Below are positions 10,859-20,914 of a stretch of 64,000 nt of DNA, piece after piece. The translations under genes were made by a program, and so were the position numbers. How positions within the stretch are numbered: position 1 is the stretch's first letter; every line of letters begins with the position of its first letter. The DNA comes from a virus. The notes below the pieces were generated by a model that did no database searches, had not been told where the DNA came from, and was given only the letters and a program-made list of their open reading frames with translations. The stretch is from positions 1-64,000 of the IMG/VR virus record IMGVR_UViG_3300025141_013870; one strand, written 5' to 3'.

Positions 10859-11089
10859 ATGATAGATCTTCTGAGAGAACTTATCAGAGAAGAGATTAAA
10901 AAATTAATCCAAGATGATGCACTATTTAGAAGGGGTGAGAATCCTGGAATCTTAAGTCGTAAAGATGATCCGGGAATTGAATCTGACTTTGATGTGCATG
11001 GAGATGAGTGTCCTAGCTGCGGGGAGGTTATATGTGTTTGCCCACCGCCCAGAAATATTTCAGCCGCACAAAGAGCTGATGAAATATAG
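10859..11089 (+). CDS. Small hypothetical protein, possibly an internal head protein
   Basis: Restarted at ATG 10859 (SD GAGG; ATAGTTA motif at 10836). N-terminal LLRELIREEIKKL helix; C-terminal CPSC..ICVC. Confidence 0.55.
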   Translation: MIDLLRELIREEIKKLIQDDALFRRGENPGILSRKDDPGIESDFDVHGDECPSCGEVICVCPPPRNISAAQRADEI

Positions 11090-11142
11090 TCTTGTACACA
11101 TGCTAATATTGTGAAACAATTATATTAATAGAAGAAGGTTTA

Positions 11143-14100
11143 ATGAGAATTATTCACTTGGCAGATATTCACTGGCGAGGACTGTCACGTCACGATGAAT
11201 ATCGAGAGTCTTTTTCACAGTTTTTTAACCAGGCTAAAGATCTTAATCCTGATGTTATCTACATTGGGGGAGACATTGTTCATAATAAGACCCAGGGTAT
11301 ATCCCCAGAGCTTATAGATTGTCTCTGTTGGTGGTTTACTGGACTATCTAATATTGCACCCACGCATATAATTCTAGGCAACCATGATGGTCTGGTGCTT
11401 AATAATGATAGGCAGGATGCAATCTCCCCAATAATAACAGCATTAGAAAATCCCGATATACACCTGTATAAGGAGTCAGGAGTGTATCCTGTTAAAGATT
11501 ATGAGGATTTTAACTGGTGTGTCTTTTCATGCTTTGACGAGAAAGGATGGGGTAAAGTAAAACCAGAGAAAGATAAGATAAACATAGCACTATTTCACGG
11601 AGCAGTGTGGGGGTCAAAAACTGATATAGACTTTAGCATAGAAGGCGACGTCACAGATGACTTTTTTGATCAATTTGACTTCGCATTGCTTGGAGACATA
11701 CACAAGAAACAGTTTTTAAATGAAAAAAGAACCATGGCATATCCTGGTTCATCAATTCAACAAAACTATGGTGAAGACTTAGGCAAAGGATTTTTAATAT
11801 GGGACATTGAAAGTAAAGATAAGTTTACTAGTGAGTTTCATCCTATTCTTCACACAAAACCATTTGTGACAATAGAATGGATGGGAAATGTCCAGGACAC
11901 AGTTGATGAGTCATTTAACTATCCCGATGGTTCAAGATTTAGAATACGATCTAAGAATAAAATAACGCAGTTAGATAGTACTCAGCTACAGCACACGTTA
12001 AAAAGAGAGAAAGAGGCAACAGAGGTAGTTTTTAAGGCAGATAGCTCCTTAGATGTGTCAAAGATAACCACGTCAGCAGGCATATTAAATAAAGAAAATC
12101 TTAGAGATTCAAATACACATAAAAATCTCATAAGAGAATTTTATTCTGATATTAGTTTAAGTGATAGTGATTTTAATAGGCTGGATGGATTAATTGACAA
12201 ATATGTGTCACAGATAACTGATAATCAGGACATACTAAGAAATACTCGATGGCAAATAAATTCTATAAAGTTTAATAATTTATTTGCCTATGGTGATGGA
12301 AACTTTATTAATTTTGAAAACTTGCCAGGGATAACTGGAATTTTTGGAAAAAATAGAAAAGGAAAGTCTTCTATTATTGGATCTTTAATGTATGGACTTT
12401 TCAATACAACTGATAGAGGATCCATCAAAAATCTTCACCTTATTAATAGTAGAAAAAATAGATGCGATGCTGAAATTGATGTAACTGTGAACGGAGATCC
12501 GTTTAAAATCATTAGAGAGACTGTATCACATCAGACTAGAAAGGGAGAAGTTTACGCGTCAACTTCATTAAATTTAATAAAAACTGGTGAAAATAAAGAA
12601 AATATAACTGAAGAGCAAAGAAGAGAAACAGAAAAGATATTAAGAAAGATGATAGGGACTTCTGATGATTTTTTAATGACGTCCTTAGCATCTCAAGGTG
12701 AGATGAACACGTTTATAAGAGAAAAAGCGACAATGAGAAAAATGATTCTCACAAAGTTTTTAGATCTAGTTGTGTTTGAAAAGATGCATGAAATATCAAA
12801 ATCTGAATCATCAAACATAAGAGCCAAGGCAAAATCTTACCCTGACATAGACTGGGATGAGGAAATAGATAATTTTCAATTAGATGTGATAGATTCGATG
12901 TCAGAATTAAAGGAGATAGAACAAGAGATTTCTCAAAAAAGAAAGATATTAAGAGATCTCAATATAGATCTTGCGACATCAGACAACCCTGATGTTGTCA
13001 CAGAGAGTGAATATTCTAAACAAGAGCGTATTGTTGAAAATATTAAAAATAAAATTTATAATTTTGAAAGCTCTATAGAAGACGTTTCTGAAAAGATAAA
13101 TCTTACAATATTAAAAAAGGAAAAAATTGAACTTGTAAAAGCAGATTTTTCTATAGACGAGCTTAAGTCAAAACTTGAGATACAAAAAAATTTAGAAAAA
13201 GTGTGTGTAGAATTAAATTATGAATATGAAAATCACAAGCGCGAGCTTAAAAGACAAAAAAAATCAATAAAAAAACTTAGCGACGTGCCGTGCGGAGACA
13301 GCTTTCCATTATGCAAGTTTATAAGAGATTCTCATAAAGATAAGGGAAAAATAGAATCACAGCACGAAATTGTTAAAAAATCTCTCGATACACTGACAGA
13401 TATTAAAAGTTTGCTCGATGAAATAATCTGTGAGGAAATAAATGAAAAGATTGACAAGTATGATGCTTTCGTTAAAAGACAATCAGAGCTATCCATAGAA
13501 ACTTCTACACTGCAAATAGAGCTGAACAATATTGTAAATGATAAAAATCACAAAGTGTCACAATTAAAAAGTGAAAGTGAAAAATTACATGAAATGGGCT
13601 CCAAGCTGATTCAAGGTGATGAAAGTCCATCTGCAGTTATCAGATCTAGAATTATGTCTCTTGAGAATGAAATTAAAAATCTTGACAAGAAAAGAGTGCG
13701 TCGATTTGAAAAGATGGCTAGATTAAAGGTTGAAATAGCTAGAATAAAGAGTGACAGAAGTGAGCTTGAAAAAATAAAAGATGATTTAAGAATATATGAT
13801 CTCTTTATTCAGGCGGTGTCAAAGACAGGAATACCTCTCCAGATAATGATGTCACAGCTTCCAGTTATTAATGACGAGATATCTAAGATCTTACAGGGAG
13901 TTGTAGGATTTACAGTTGAGCTTGAGGCAGATTCAGACTCAAATTCTATGGATGTCTATATAGACTACGGAGACTCTAGAAGGATAATTGAATTAGCGTC
14001 TGGAATGGAGAAGATGATGTCATCTCTAGCGATTAGAGTTGCACTGATTAATGTATCTTCTCTGACAAAGACTAATATGCTTATAATAGATGAGGGATTT

Positions 14101-14271
14101 GGAGCTCTTGATGAAACTAATATCGAAGCATGCAGTAGACTATTAGAGTCACTTAAGAAATGGTTTAAAAACATTCTAGTCATCTCTCATGTTGATGCAA
14201 TTAAAGATGCAGTAGATAATTCATTAGAGATAACTAAAAATGGAAAAGATGCAAAAGTCTATCACAGATGA
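11143..14271 (+). CDS. sbcCD: Fused SbcD(Mre11)-SbcC(Rad50) nuclease-ATPase
   Basis: Phosphoesterase motifs HLADIH, GGDIVH, GNHD, LFHG, LGDIH; Walker A GKNRKGKSS; coiled coil; signature ASGMEK; Walker B LIIDEGFGALD; H-loop ISH; all in one frame. Confidence 0.9.
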   Translation: MRIIHLADIHWRGLSRHDEYRESFSQFFNQAKDLNPDVIYIGGDIVHNKTQGISPELIDCLCWWFTGLSNIAPTHIILGNHDGLVLNNDRQDAISPIITALENPDIHLYKESGVYPVKDYEDFNWCVFSCFDEKGWGKVKPEKDKINIALFHGAVWGSKTDIDFSIEGDVTDDFFDQFDFALLGDIHKKQFLNEKRTMAYPGSSIQQNYGEDLGKGFLIWDIESKDKFTSEFHPILHTKPFVTIEWMGNVQDTVDESFNYPDGSRFRIRSKNKITQLDSTQLQHTLKREKEATEVVFKADSSLDVSKITTSAGILNKENLRDSNTHKNLIREFYSDISLSDSDFNRLDGLIDKYVSQITDNQDILRNTRWQINSIKFNNLFAYGDGNFINFENLPGITGIFGKNRKGKSSIIGSLMYGLFNTTDRGSIKNLHLINSRKNRCDAEIDVTVNGDPFKIIRETVSHQTRKGEVYASTSLNLIKTGENKENITEEQRRETEKILRKMIGTSDDFLMTSLASQGEMNTFIREKATMRKMILTKFLDLVVFEKMHEISKSESSNIRAKAKSYPDIDWDEEIDNFQLDVIDSMSELKEIEQEISQKRKILRDLNIDLATSDNPDVVTESEYSKQERIVENIKNKIYNFESSIEDVSEKINLTILKKEKIELVKADFSIDELKSKLEIQKNLEKVCVELNYEYENHKRELKRQKKSIKKLSDVPCGDSFPLCKFIRDSHKDKGKIESQHEIVKKSLDTLTDIKSLLDEIICEEINEKIDKYDAFVKRQSELSIETSTLQIELNNIVNDKNHKVSQLKSESEKLHEMGSKLIQGDESPSAVIRSRIMSLENEIKNLDKKRVRRFEKMARLKVEIARIKSDRSELEKIKDDLRIYDLFIQAVSKTGIPLQIMMSQLPVINDEISKILQGVVGFTVELEADSDSNSMDVYIDYGDSRRIIELASGMEKMMSSLAIRVALINVSSLTKTNMLIIDEGFGALDETNIEACSRLLESLKKWFKNILVISHVDAIKDAVDNSLEITKNGKDAKVYHR

Positions 14272-14545
14272 AGAAACAGGAGATAGATATTTTCTAATAA
14301 TAGATGATGACTTTATTAGAGGCGAATTCTTTTGCCCGATATGCGAATTTATTATGAATCAAATGTCAGATCCTGATTTTTATCAGGAGTTTGGATGTTG
14401 CTCATCGTGCGGAATGAAATTTGCACAATCACGAAGAGATGAGTGGAAGAATGGCTGGAGACCTTCAAAAAAACAAATTGATGAACATAAGATGTTCATT
14501 GAAAGCCAACCACTTGGTTTATTTTTAGGCGATGAACATAATTAG
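14240..14545 (+). CDS. Small Zn-finger-like hypothetical protein
   Basis: CPIC...CCSSC; overlaps the end of sbcCD. Confidence 0.55.
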   Translation: MEKMQKSITDEETGDRYFLIIDDDFIRGEFFCPICEFIMNQMSDPDFYQEFGCCSSCGMKFAQSRRDEWKNGWRPSKKQIDEHKMFIESQPLGLFLGDEHN

Positions 14546-14564
14546 TATGTGGGAGTAATTTATT

Positions 14565-14951
14565 ATGCTAAACACAAGTGAAATTAATGCTTTAGGACAG
14601 ATTCTTAATGACACCTGGGGTCAATCAACAAGAGGTGATTTTAGAACGCCTACGATGGCAATGAGATCAACTCTTGAAGGAGATCATCTTTCATGCAATT
14701 ATACAACTGTAGTCCATCTCGCATCTGAAAGAAATGTAAGAGATCAGGTAAAAACATTCGCAGACGAGTCTATCAAATTGACTAGTGATTTTATGAAAAG
14801 TCTTAGAAAGGAATTTAAAGAATCTACAGGACGTGCACTGAAGGTAAAAGAGGTAGGAACTTCTGATAGCGTGGAGCTAATAACTGCTTCACCATTTACA
14901 CCTAGAAAAACTGCATATTATAGACGGTTTACAAGGTTTCAGGTCGAATAA
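14565..14951 (+). CDS. Hypothetical protein directly upstream of the terminase
   Basis: SD GGGAG; ATAATTA motif at 14538; stop overlaps the terminase ATG (TAATG). Confidence 0.6.
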   Translation: MLNTSEINALGQILNDTWGQSTRGDFRTPTMAMRSTLEGDHLSCNYTTVVHLASERNVRDQVKTFADESIKLTSDFMKSLRKEFKESTGRALKVKEVGTSDSVELITASPFTPRKTAYYRRFTRFQVE

Positions 14952-16576
14952 TGTCCACAACTAACAAGTCAAGGCAGATAGCTGAGATTGTTAAGTGTGG
15001 AAAAGATCCTTCTTACTTTTTCAACTCTTACATGAAGATCCAGCATCCTGTAAGAGGATTGATAAAGTTTAATACATATTCGTTTCAAGATGAATGTGTT
15101 GAGACTTTTAATAGTGAAAGATTCTCAATAATATTAAAATCAAGACAGCTTGGAATGTCAACTTTATCAGCTGCGTATGCAGTGTGGCTTGCTCTTTTTC
15201 AAAGAGATAAAAATATTCTTATCATCGCTACTAAGCTGAGTGTTGCTCAAAACTTTATCACAAAAGTAAAGACGATGATAAGAAGTCTTCCAAAGTGGCT
15301 AGTCTTAGCAGAAATTGTCACAAATAATAAGCAGCTAATAGAATTTAGTCATGGATCATCTATAAAGGCAATACCCACATCTGATGATGCTGGTAGATCT
15401 GAAGCTCTTTCTCTTTTGATTATAGATGAAGCTGCATTTGTTAGAAACTTTGATGAATTATGGATGGGACTTTACCCAACAATTTCAACAGGGGGAAGAG
15501 TTATAATTTTATCTACTCCAAATGGTGTCGGTGGTCAATATTATAAGCTATATACTGATGCCGAGGCAGGACTAAATGAGTTTAAAGCGATAAAGATTCC
15601 TTGGGATGATCATCCAGAAAGAGATCAGGCGTGGTTTGATGAAACGACTAAGAATCTATCGGACAGACAAATATCGCAAGAGTATCTATGTGATTTTGCT
15701 TCATCTGGAGAGACATTTTTATCAGCTTCAGATATTGAATGGATAAGAGAGATATGTGTCCCGCCAAAGGAGAGAGCTGGAATAGATAGAAATGTGTGGA
15801 TATGGAAGTATCCTCTCTCAGAGCATAGCTATATTGTTTCCGCAGATGTCGCGAGAGGTGATTCAAAAGATTTTTCTACATTTCATATAATTGATTTAAA
15901 TGAAGGAGAGTGTGTTGTAGAATATAAGGGGAAAATACCTCCTGATAGATTTGGAGAGCTTTTAAATGAATTTGGCTTAAAATATAATAAAGCGCTAATG
16001 TGTCCTGAGAATAACAGCTACGGATACGCGACACTAGTGAAGCTCAAGGAGTTGCAATATCCCAATCTATACTATAGAAAAAGAAAATCAGTCTTTATAG
16101 GTGACTACATTCCTTCAGCCGAAACAGATATCGCAGGTTTTACAACAAGCGGAAAAACTCGTAATTTAATACTAACAAAGCTAGAAGAGATTATAAGAAA
16201 CAAACAGATTAACATCTATTCAACAAGATTCTATGAGGAACTAAAGACATTTGTATGGAAAGGAAATAAAGCACAGGCTATGAAAGGATATAATGATGAT
16301 CTTGTGATCAGCTTTGCTATTTCTACATGGCTCTATGATTCATCTTCTGAATATGGTAAAAATTCCAAAGAGCTTAATTCTGCTATGCTAAAAGCTATGA
16401 AAATGACAAGAAATACATATGATGACATGCCGGGCGCAATAACAGAGGGTAGACCTCATAGTTCTACGTCAAGAAATCCAAACGAGCATCCAGACAGCAT
16501 TAAAAAAAATTCGCTATCATCAGGCTGGAATAAAAAATTGCAAATCATGGCAGATCACGACTGGCTTATTAAGTGA
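14951..16576 (+). CDS. terL: Terminase large subunit (T4 gp17-like)
   Basis: ILKSRQLGMST, LLIIDEAAF (Walker B), STPNG coupling motif, RNase-H nuclease SADVARG..DFS and DDLVISFA. Confidence 0.95.
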   Translation: MSTTNKSRQIAEIVKCGKDPSYFFNSYMKIQHPVRGLIKFNTYSFQDECVETFNSERFSIILKSRQLGMSTLSAAYAVWLALFQRDKNILIIATKLSVAQNFITKVKTMIRSLPKWLVLAEIVTNNKQLIEFSHGSSIKAIPTSDDAGRSEALSLLIIDEAAFVRNFDELWMGLYPTISTGGRVIILSTPNGVGGQYYKLYTDAEAGLNEFKAIKIPWDDHPERDQAWFDETTKNLSDRQISQEYLCDFASSGETFLSASDIEWIREICVPPKERAGIDRNVWIWKYPLSEHSYIVSADVARGDSKDFSTFHIIDLNEGECVVEYKGKIPPDRFGELLNEFGLKYNKALMCPENNSYGYATLVKLKELQYPNLYYRKRKSVFIGDYIPSAETDIAGFTTSGKTRNLILTKLEEIIRNKQINIYSTRFYEELKTFVWKGNKAQAMKGYNDDLVISFAISTWLYDSSSEYGKNSKELNSAMLKAMKMTRNTYDDMPGAITEGRPHSSTSRNPNEHPDSIKKNSLSSGWNKKLQIMADHDWLIK

Positions 16577-16582
16577 GATTAA

Positions 16583-18631
16583 ATGGCAAATAATAATTCA
16601 CAAAGTCTCTTTAGACGTCTGACTCAGCTTTTTAGAAGCGGCCCTGTTATTAAAAGAAAGGTGAGGGACTTCGAGTCTTCTTCTAAGACATCATCTGCTT
16701 TTGAGATGTTTAGAAAGACACAAAGCCATGTCTATAGCACAGCAATGAGTGCATATGGAACGTACGATAGAATGGCGAGATACTCAGATTTCTCAGAGAT
16801 GGAATATACTCCTGAGATCAGCTCGGCATTGGACATATACTCCGAAGAGACAGTTGCAGCAGATGAACATGGGAAAGTTCTTCACATTCACTCTGAAAAC
16901 CCCACCATACAAAAATTACTTGATGAGCTTTTTTATGATACTTTAAATGTTGAATTTAACTTAACATCGTGGGTAAGAAATCTTTGTAAATATGGAGATT
17001 TCTTTCTATTCAACGACGTGAGTCCTGAATATGGAATAATTAGCGGCTACCCAATGCCAGTCAATGAGGTGGAAAGAGAAGAGGGGTTTGATCCCCAGGA
17101 TCCGATGGCTGTTAGATTTAGGTGGGTCACACAAGGAAACCAGGTTCTTGAGAACTGGCAGGTCTGTCACATGAGAGTTCTGGGAAACGATGCATTTCTT
17201 CCGTATGGATCATCTGTCCTTGAGGCAGCAAGAAGAATATGGAGACAATTGATATTAGTTGAAGATGCGATGCTAGTCTACAGGGTTGTAAGGTCCCCGG
17301 AGAGAAGAGTTTTTTATGTTGATGTAGGAAATGTTCCGCCAGAGGAGATACCCAATTATATGGAACAGGTCCAAGCTACTCTAAAAAAGGCTCAGGTCGT
17401 TGATAGAAATACAGGTCGGGTTGATTTGAGATACAACCCGCTTAGTGTAGACGAAGATTATTATCTACCTGTTAGAGGCTCAGAATCTGGAACAAAGATA
17501 GACACACTCGCTGGCGGCGCAAATGCCACAGCAATAGAGGACGTTGAGTATATTCAGAAAAAATTATTTGCTGCCCTTAAAATTCCAAAAGCGTATCTTG
17601 GATATGACGAAGGATTAGGAGCAAAGGCTACTCTTTCTCAAGAGGATATCAGATTTTCAAGAACAATAAACAGAATTCAGAGAACTGTGGTGGCAGAGCT
17701 TAATAAGCTTTCAATTATTCATCTCTTTTGTAACGGTTTTGAGGGTGAAGATTTATTAGATTTTACATTACAGTTATCTAATCCCTCAACAATAGCGCAA
17801 CAGCAAAAGTTAGAGCTATATAGAAGTAGATTTGAAATAGCAACAAGTGCAGCAGGAGTTGAGGGTCTAGTTAGTAGAGACTGGGTAAGAAAACAGCTCT
17901 TTAGTATGACAAATGATGACATAGAGAATATTAGAGAGCAAAGAATAGATGATAAGATGGAAGATCTTGAGATTGAGGCTGTAAAGATTCCCGCCGCAGA
18001 AGGTGAAGAAGCAGATGATATGGGAACAGAAGACATGGGAATGGAAGAAGAGATGCCAGCTGAAGAGATGGAGCTTGCTTCCGACGACATGAATACGCGA
18101 GGATTACCGTTGTTATCAGACGGTGATAACGAATTCAATTTCAAGGATCTTTCAATAAGTGATGATTCAGCGCCAATAAAAGCACAAAATACTGTAAACA
18201 GACTATCAGAAAAGCTAGCTAAATCAGAAGATGATGCTGATGAATCTGATGAAACTCCTGCAGAAAAATCTAATGCAAATAGCAAAAGAAGAAACAAAAA
18301 AGGATATACTGATACAGATCATCTAAAGCTTGTGTCATCTGACCCTAAAGACGTATCAGATTCAATATCACATCCTCACGCAGAAAAACTTAGAAAGCAA
18401 AAAGATAAAAGTGAACGAAAGAGAGATATAAATCCATTAAAAGATTTTCACAAATCGTCGAAAATGACAGAATATGATGATTTTATGATAGATTTTATAG
18501 ACGATAAAATGGAAACACAGGCCAGGATGACTTCCCAGATAAGATCTACGTTAAAATCCCTTGAGAATAAAATAGGTAGTAATAGAACTGTACTTTTTGA
18601 ATCAGACAAATCTCCAGAGGAGGAACTATAG
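16583..18631 (+). CDS. Portal protein (T4 gp20-like) with long acidic C-terminal extension
   Basis: EISSALDIYSEE, RNLCKYGDFF, EDAMLVYRVVRSPERRVFYVDVGN, EDYYLPVRG..SGTKIDTLAGG, KLFAALKIP. Confidence 0.93.
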   Translation: MANNNSQSLFRRLTQLFRSGPVIKRKVRDFESSSKTSSAFEMFRKTQSHVYSTAMSAYGTYDRMARYSDFSEMEYTPEISSALDIYSEETVAADEHGKVLHIHSENPTIQKLLDELFYDTLNVEFNLTSWVRNLCKYGDFFLFNDVSPEYGIISGYPMPVNEVEREEGFDPQDPMAVRFRWVTQGNQVLENWQVCHMRVLGNDAFLPYGSSVLEAARRIWRQLILVEDAMLVYRVVRSPERRVFYVDVGNVPPEEIPNYMEQVQATLKKAQVVDRNTGRVDLRYNPLSVDEDYYLPVRGSESGTKIDTLAGGANATAIEDVEYIQKKLFAALKIPKAYLGYDEGLGAKATLSQEDIRFSRTINRIQRTVVAELNKLSIIHLFCNGFEGEDLLDFTLQLSNPSTIAQQQKLELYRSRFEIATSAAGVEGLVSRDWVRKQLFSMTNDDIENIREQRIDDKMEDLEIEAVKIPAAEGEEADDMGTEDMGMEEEMPAEEMELASDDMNTRGLPLLSDGDNEFNFKDLSISDDSAPIKAQNTVNRLSEKLAKSEDDADESDETPAEKSNANSKRRNKKGYTDTDHLKLVSSDPKDVSDSISHPHAEKLRKQKDKSERKRDINPLKDFHKSSKMTEYDDFMIDFIDDKMETQARMTSQIRSTLKSLENKIGSNRTVLFESDKSPEEEL

Positions 18632-18634
18632 TTC

Positions 18635-19489
18635 ATGTCAAAATCTCACAATAAAAAAAGAAATGTAGGGATTATCTATGAGCTTTTACTTAGAAGCATT
18701 TCTAGCTCACTAATAAACGATGATAAAAAGATTGCTCAAAAAGCTTTAGATATCATTGGTAAAAGATTTGATAAATCAACAGAAATATACAAGGAGTTTA
18801 GGCTGTTTAATGCACTTGCAAAGTCAACTGTAAGTAGCTCAGCTGTGACTGCTGCTATTTTAACGGAAGCAAAACAAGCAGCAAGAAGATGTGATACTTC
18901 AACATTAAATATTGAAAAATCTAATTTGATTAGAGATATAAATCACAATCTTAATGACTCAAATTTTTATTATAGAAGAATACCTGAATATACGGTGTAT
19001 GCTACAATACAAACGCTTCTAAATGACTGGAGACAAAAAGATCAGGCAAGCCTATCAAGAGTTGTTCAATACGAATCAAAAGTGGCTGAGCATCTTTTAT
19101 CTGAGAAGCCTGTTATAGATCTTGAGAAAGATATTGATTCTGACGTGAACTCCTTGGTCGTAGATATCATGACAGAAAAAATTAATAAACGGTATAAAGG
19201 AAAATTAAGTAGCACACAGCGAGACGTTATTAAAGAATACATTTTTTCATTATCAGAAAACAAGAATGATAAAATTTTAAATAAACTAAACGAGATAAAA
19301 AATAGAACGATTTCAAACTTAGAGTCATTTAAAACAGTAACAAAAAACAGCGTCCTTCTTGAAAAGATAGAAGAAGTTAAAGATAAAATAGTTAGTGAGT
19401 CTTTTGATAAAATAGATGATGATTCTATTTCAAGATTTTTGGTTTTAATCCAGCTTCAACAAGAATTAAAGGAGGCTATAGATGGGTGA
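18635..19489 (+). CDS. Hypothetical head-module protein
   Basis: Helical 284-aa ORF between portal and prohead protease (HNKKRNVGIIYELL). Confidence 0.6.
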   Translation: MSKSHNKKRNVGIIYELLLRSISSSLINDDKKIAQKALDIIGKRFDKSTEIYKEFRLFNALAKSTVSSSAVTAAILTEAKQAARRCDTSTLNIEKSNLIRDINHNLNDSNFYYRRIPEYTVYATIQTLLNDWRQKDQASLSRVVQYESKVAEHLLSEKPVIDLEKDIDSDVNSLVVDIMTEKINKRYKGKLSSTQRDVIKEYIFSLSENKNDKILNKLNEIKNRTISNLESFKTVTKNSVLLEKIEEVKDKIVSESFDKIDDDSISRFLVLIQLQQELKEAIDG

Positions 19490-20087
19490 TAATTTAACGC
19501 TGTTAACAGAATGGACACCGCTCTCTTACACAGCAGAGATGATAAAAGAGTCAAAGGACTCTAATAATGGAAAAATAATGCTACGAGGAGTCTTGCAGAA
19601 ATGTAATACACTTAATCAGAATGGCAGAATATATCCTCGTTCAATTTTACAAAGAGAGGTTACAAATTATCAAAAATTTATATCTGAAAATCGTGCTCTC
19701 GGCGAGTGTGATCATCCAGATTCTTCTGTTGTTGAACTTAAAAATGTTTCTCACATTGTTCGTGAGGCAAATCTAGACGGAGACAATTTAGTAGGTGTTA
19801 TTGAGATATTAGATACACCAAGTGGAAATATACTAAAGAGTCTTATTGAAGCTGGAATAACATTGGGAATATCTTCTCGAGGTGTCGGGTCAACAAGAAA
19901 GGAAGGCGATACACAGATAGTTCAGGATGATTTCCAGTTAATCTGTTTTGATATGGTTAGTGAGCCTTCAACCCCAGGAGCATTTATGCTCCGAGAGGGC
20001 GCTAAAATATCAAAGGGAGACTTAAAGAAACATTTTACCACAACAGATAGAATTGATAGGATATTTAACGATATTTTATCTTGGTGA
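19482..20087 (+). CDS. Prohead core protease (T4 gp21-like)
   Basis: GVLQKCNTLNQNGRIYP, ALGECDHP, GISSRGVGS, FDMVSEPSTPGAF. Confidence 0.92.
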   Translation: MGDNLTLLTEWTPLSYTAEMIKESKDSNNGKIMLRGVLQKCNTLNQNGRIYPRSILQREVTNYQKFISENRALGECDHPDSSVVELKNVSHIVREANLDGDNLVGVIEILDTPSGNILKSLIEAGITLGISSRGVGSTRKEGDTQIVQDDFQLICFDMVSEPSTPGAFMLREGAKISKGDLKKHFTTTDRIDRIFNDILSW

Positions 20088-20092
20088 TAAGA

Positions 20093-20587
20093 ATGGCAAA
20101 GTTGACAAAGTCAGTTATAAAATCAATTGTAAAAGAATGCTTGGTTGAAATCTTACAAGAAGGATTGATGTCGGAAACTCCGAACATAAATGAATCTAAA
20201 AGAGCTCGCGCTAGATCAAACAATGCCCCTGGACAAAGAAAACGCCAAGAGTCAGCTAGAAGAATAGGACTTGACAAGATTGAATTTTCTAATCAGAGAA
20301 CGTTACATAATAAAAATCTTGATAAAAACATCAAGGAAGCTGCCAGCAGCATGACATCTGATCCTGTCTTATCATCTATATTAGAAGATACTGCAAAAAC
20401 AACTCTCCAGGAGCAGATTGTAGCAGAGCAAAAAGGTCCCACTGGAATATCAGTTCCTACATCTATGGCAGGAGACACGATGGCAAGAGCAGCTGCCATG
20501 TCGACTCCAGAAGATCTTTTTGGAGAGTCAGCTAATAAATGGGCAGATCTAGCATTTTCAGATCCCATAAGCAGAATACAAAATTAG
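20093..20587 (+). CDS. Hypothetical head-module protein
   Basis: Likely start ATG 20093; LTKSVIKSIVKECLVEIL helix followed by INES. Confidence 0.6.
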   Translation: MAKLTKSVIKSIVKECLVEILQEGLMSETPNINESKRARARSNNAPGQRKRQESARRIGLDKIEFSNQRTLHNKNLDKNIKEAASSMTSDPVLSSILEDTAKTTLQEQIVAEQKGPTGISVPTSMAGDTMARAAAMSTPEDLFGESANKWADLAFSDPISRIQN

Positions 20588-20652
20588 ACTAAATTCATTG
20601 ACTATTTTATTAAATGTCTATATATGTATAGATGTTCTCTAGGAGGTTTAGA

Positions 20653-20907
20653 ATGTCTAGAAGGCTCACTTTTAAAAATCTAAAAAAGATTGTTTTAGAA
20701 GAAAAGAAAAAGATGCAAAAAGCTGGAATCATTCCTGTTGATGATGTCAAGACAGTGGAAAAGGCATGGGCAGGTGGCGATAATCTTGTTAATCAAATAG
20801 ATTTTGTTAAAAAACTAGGTATCAAGGAGTCACGGCTTAGAAGGAAAGCGCAAAAGATATCAAGAATAAGAGCTGAGATTAAGAGAAGATTAGTCAAGGA
20901 GCTTTGA
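20653..20907 (+). CDS. Small basic head-module protein
   Basis: Perfect SD AGGAGG before ATG 20653; ATATGTA motif at 20622; LTFKNLKKIVLEEKKKM. Confidence 0.6.
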   Translation: MSRRLTFKNLKKIVLEEKKKMQKAGIIPVDDVKTVEKAWAGGDNLVNQIDFVKKLGIKESRLRRKAQKISRIRAEIKRRLVKEL

Positions 20908-20914
20908 TTAGAAA

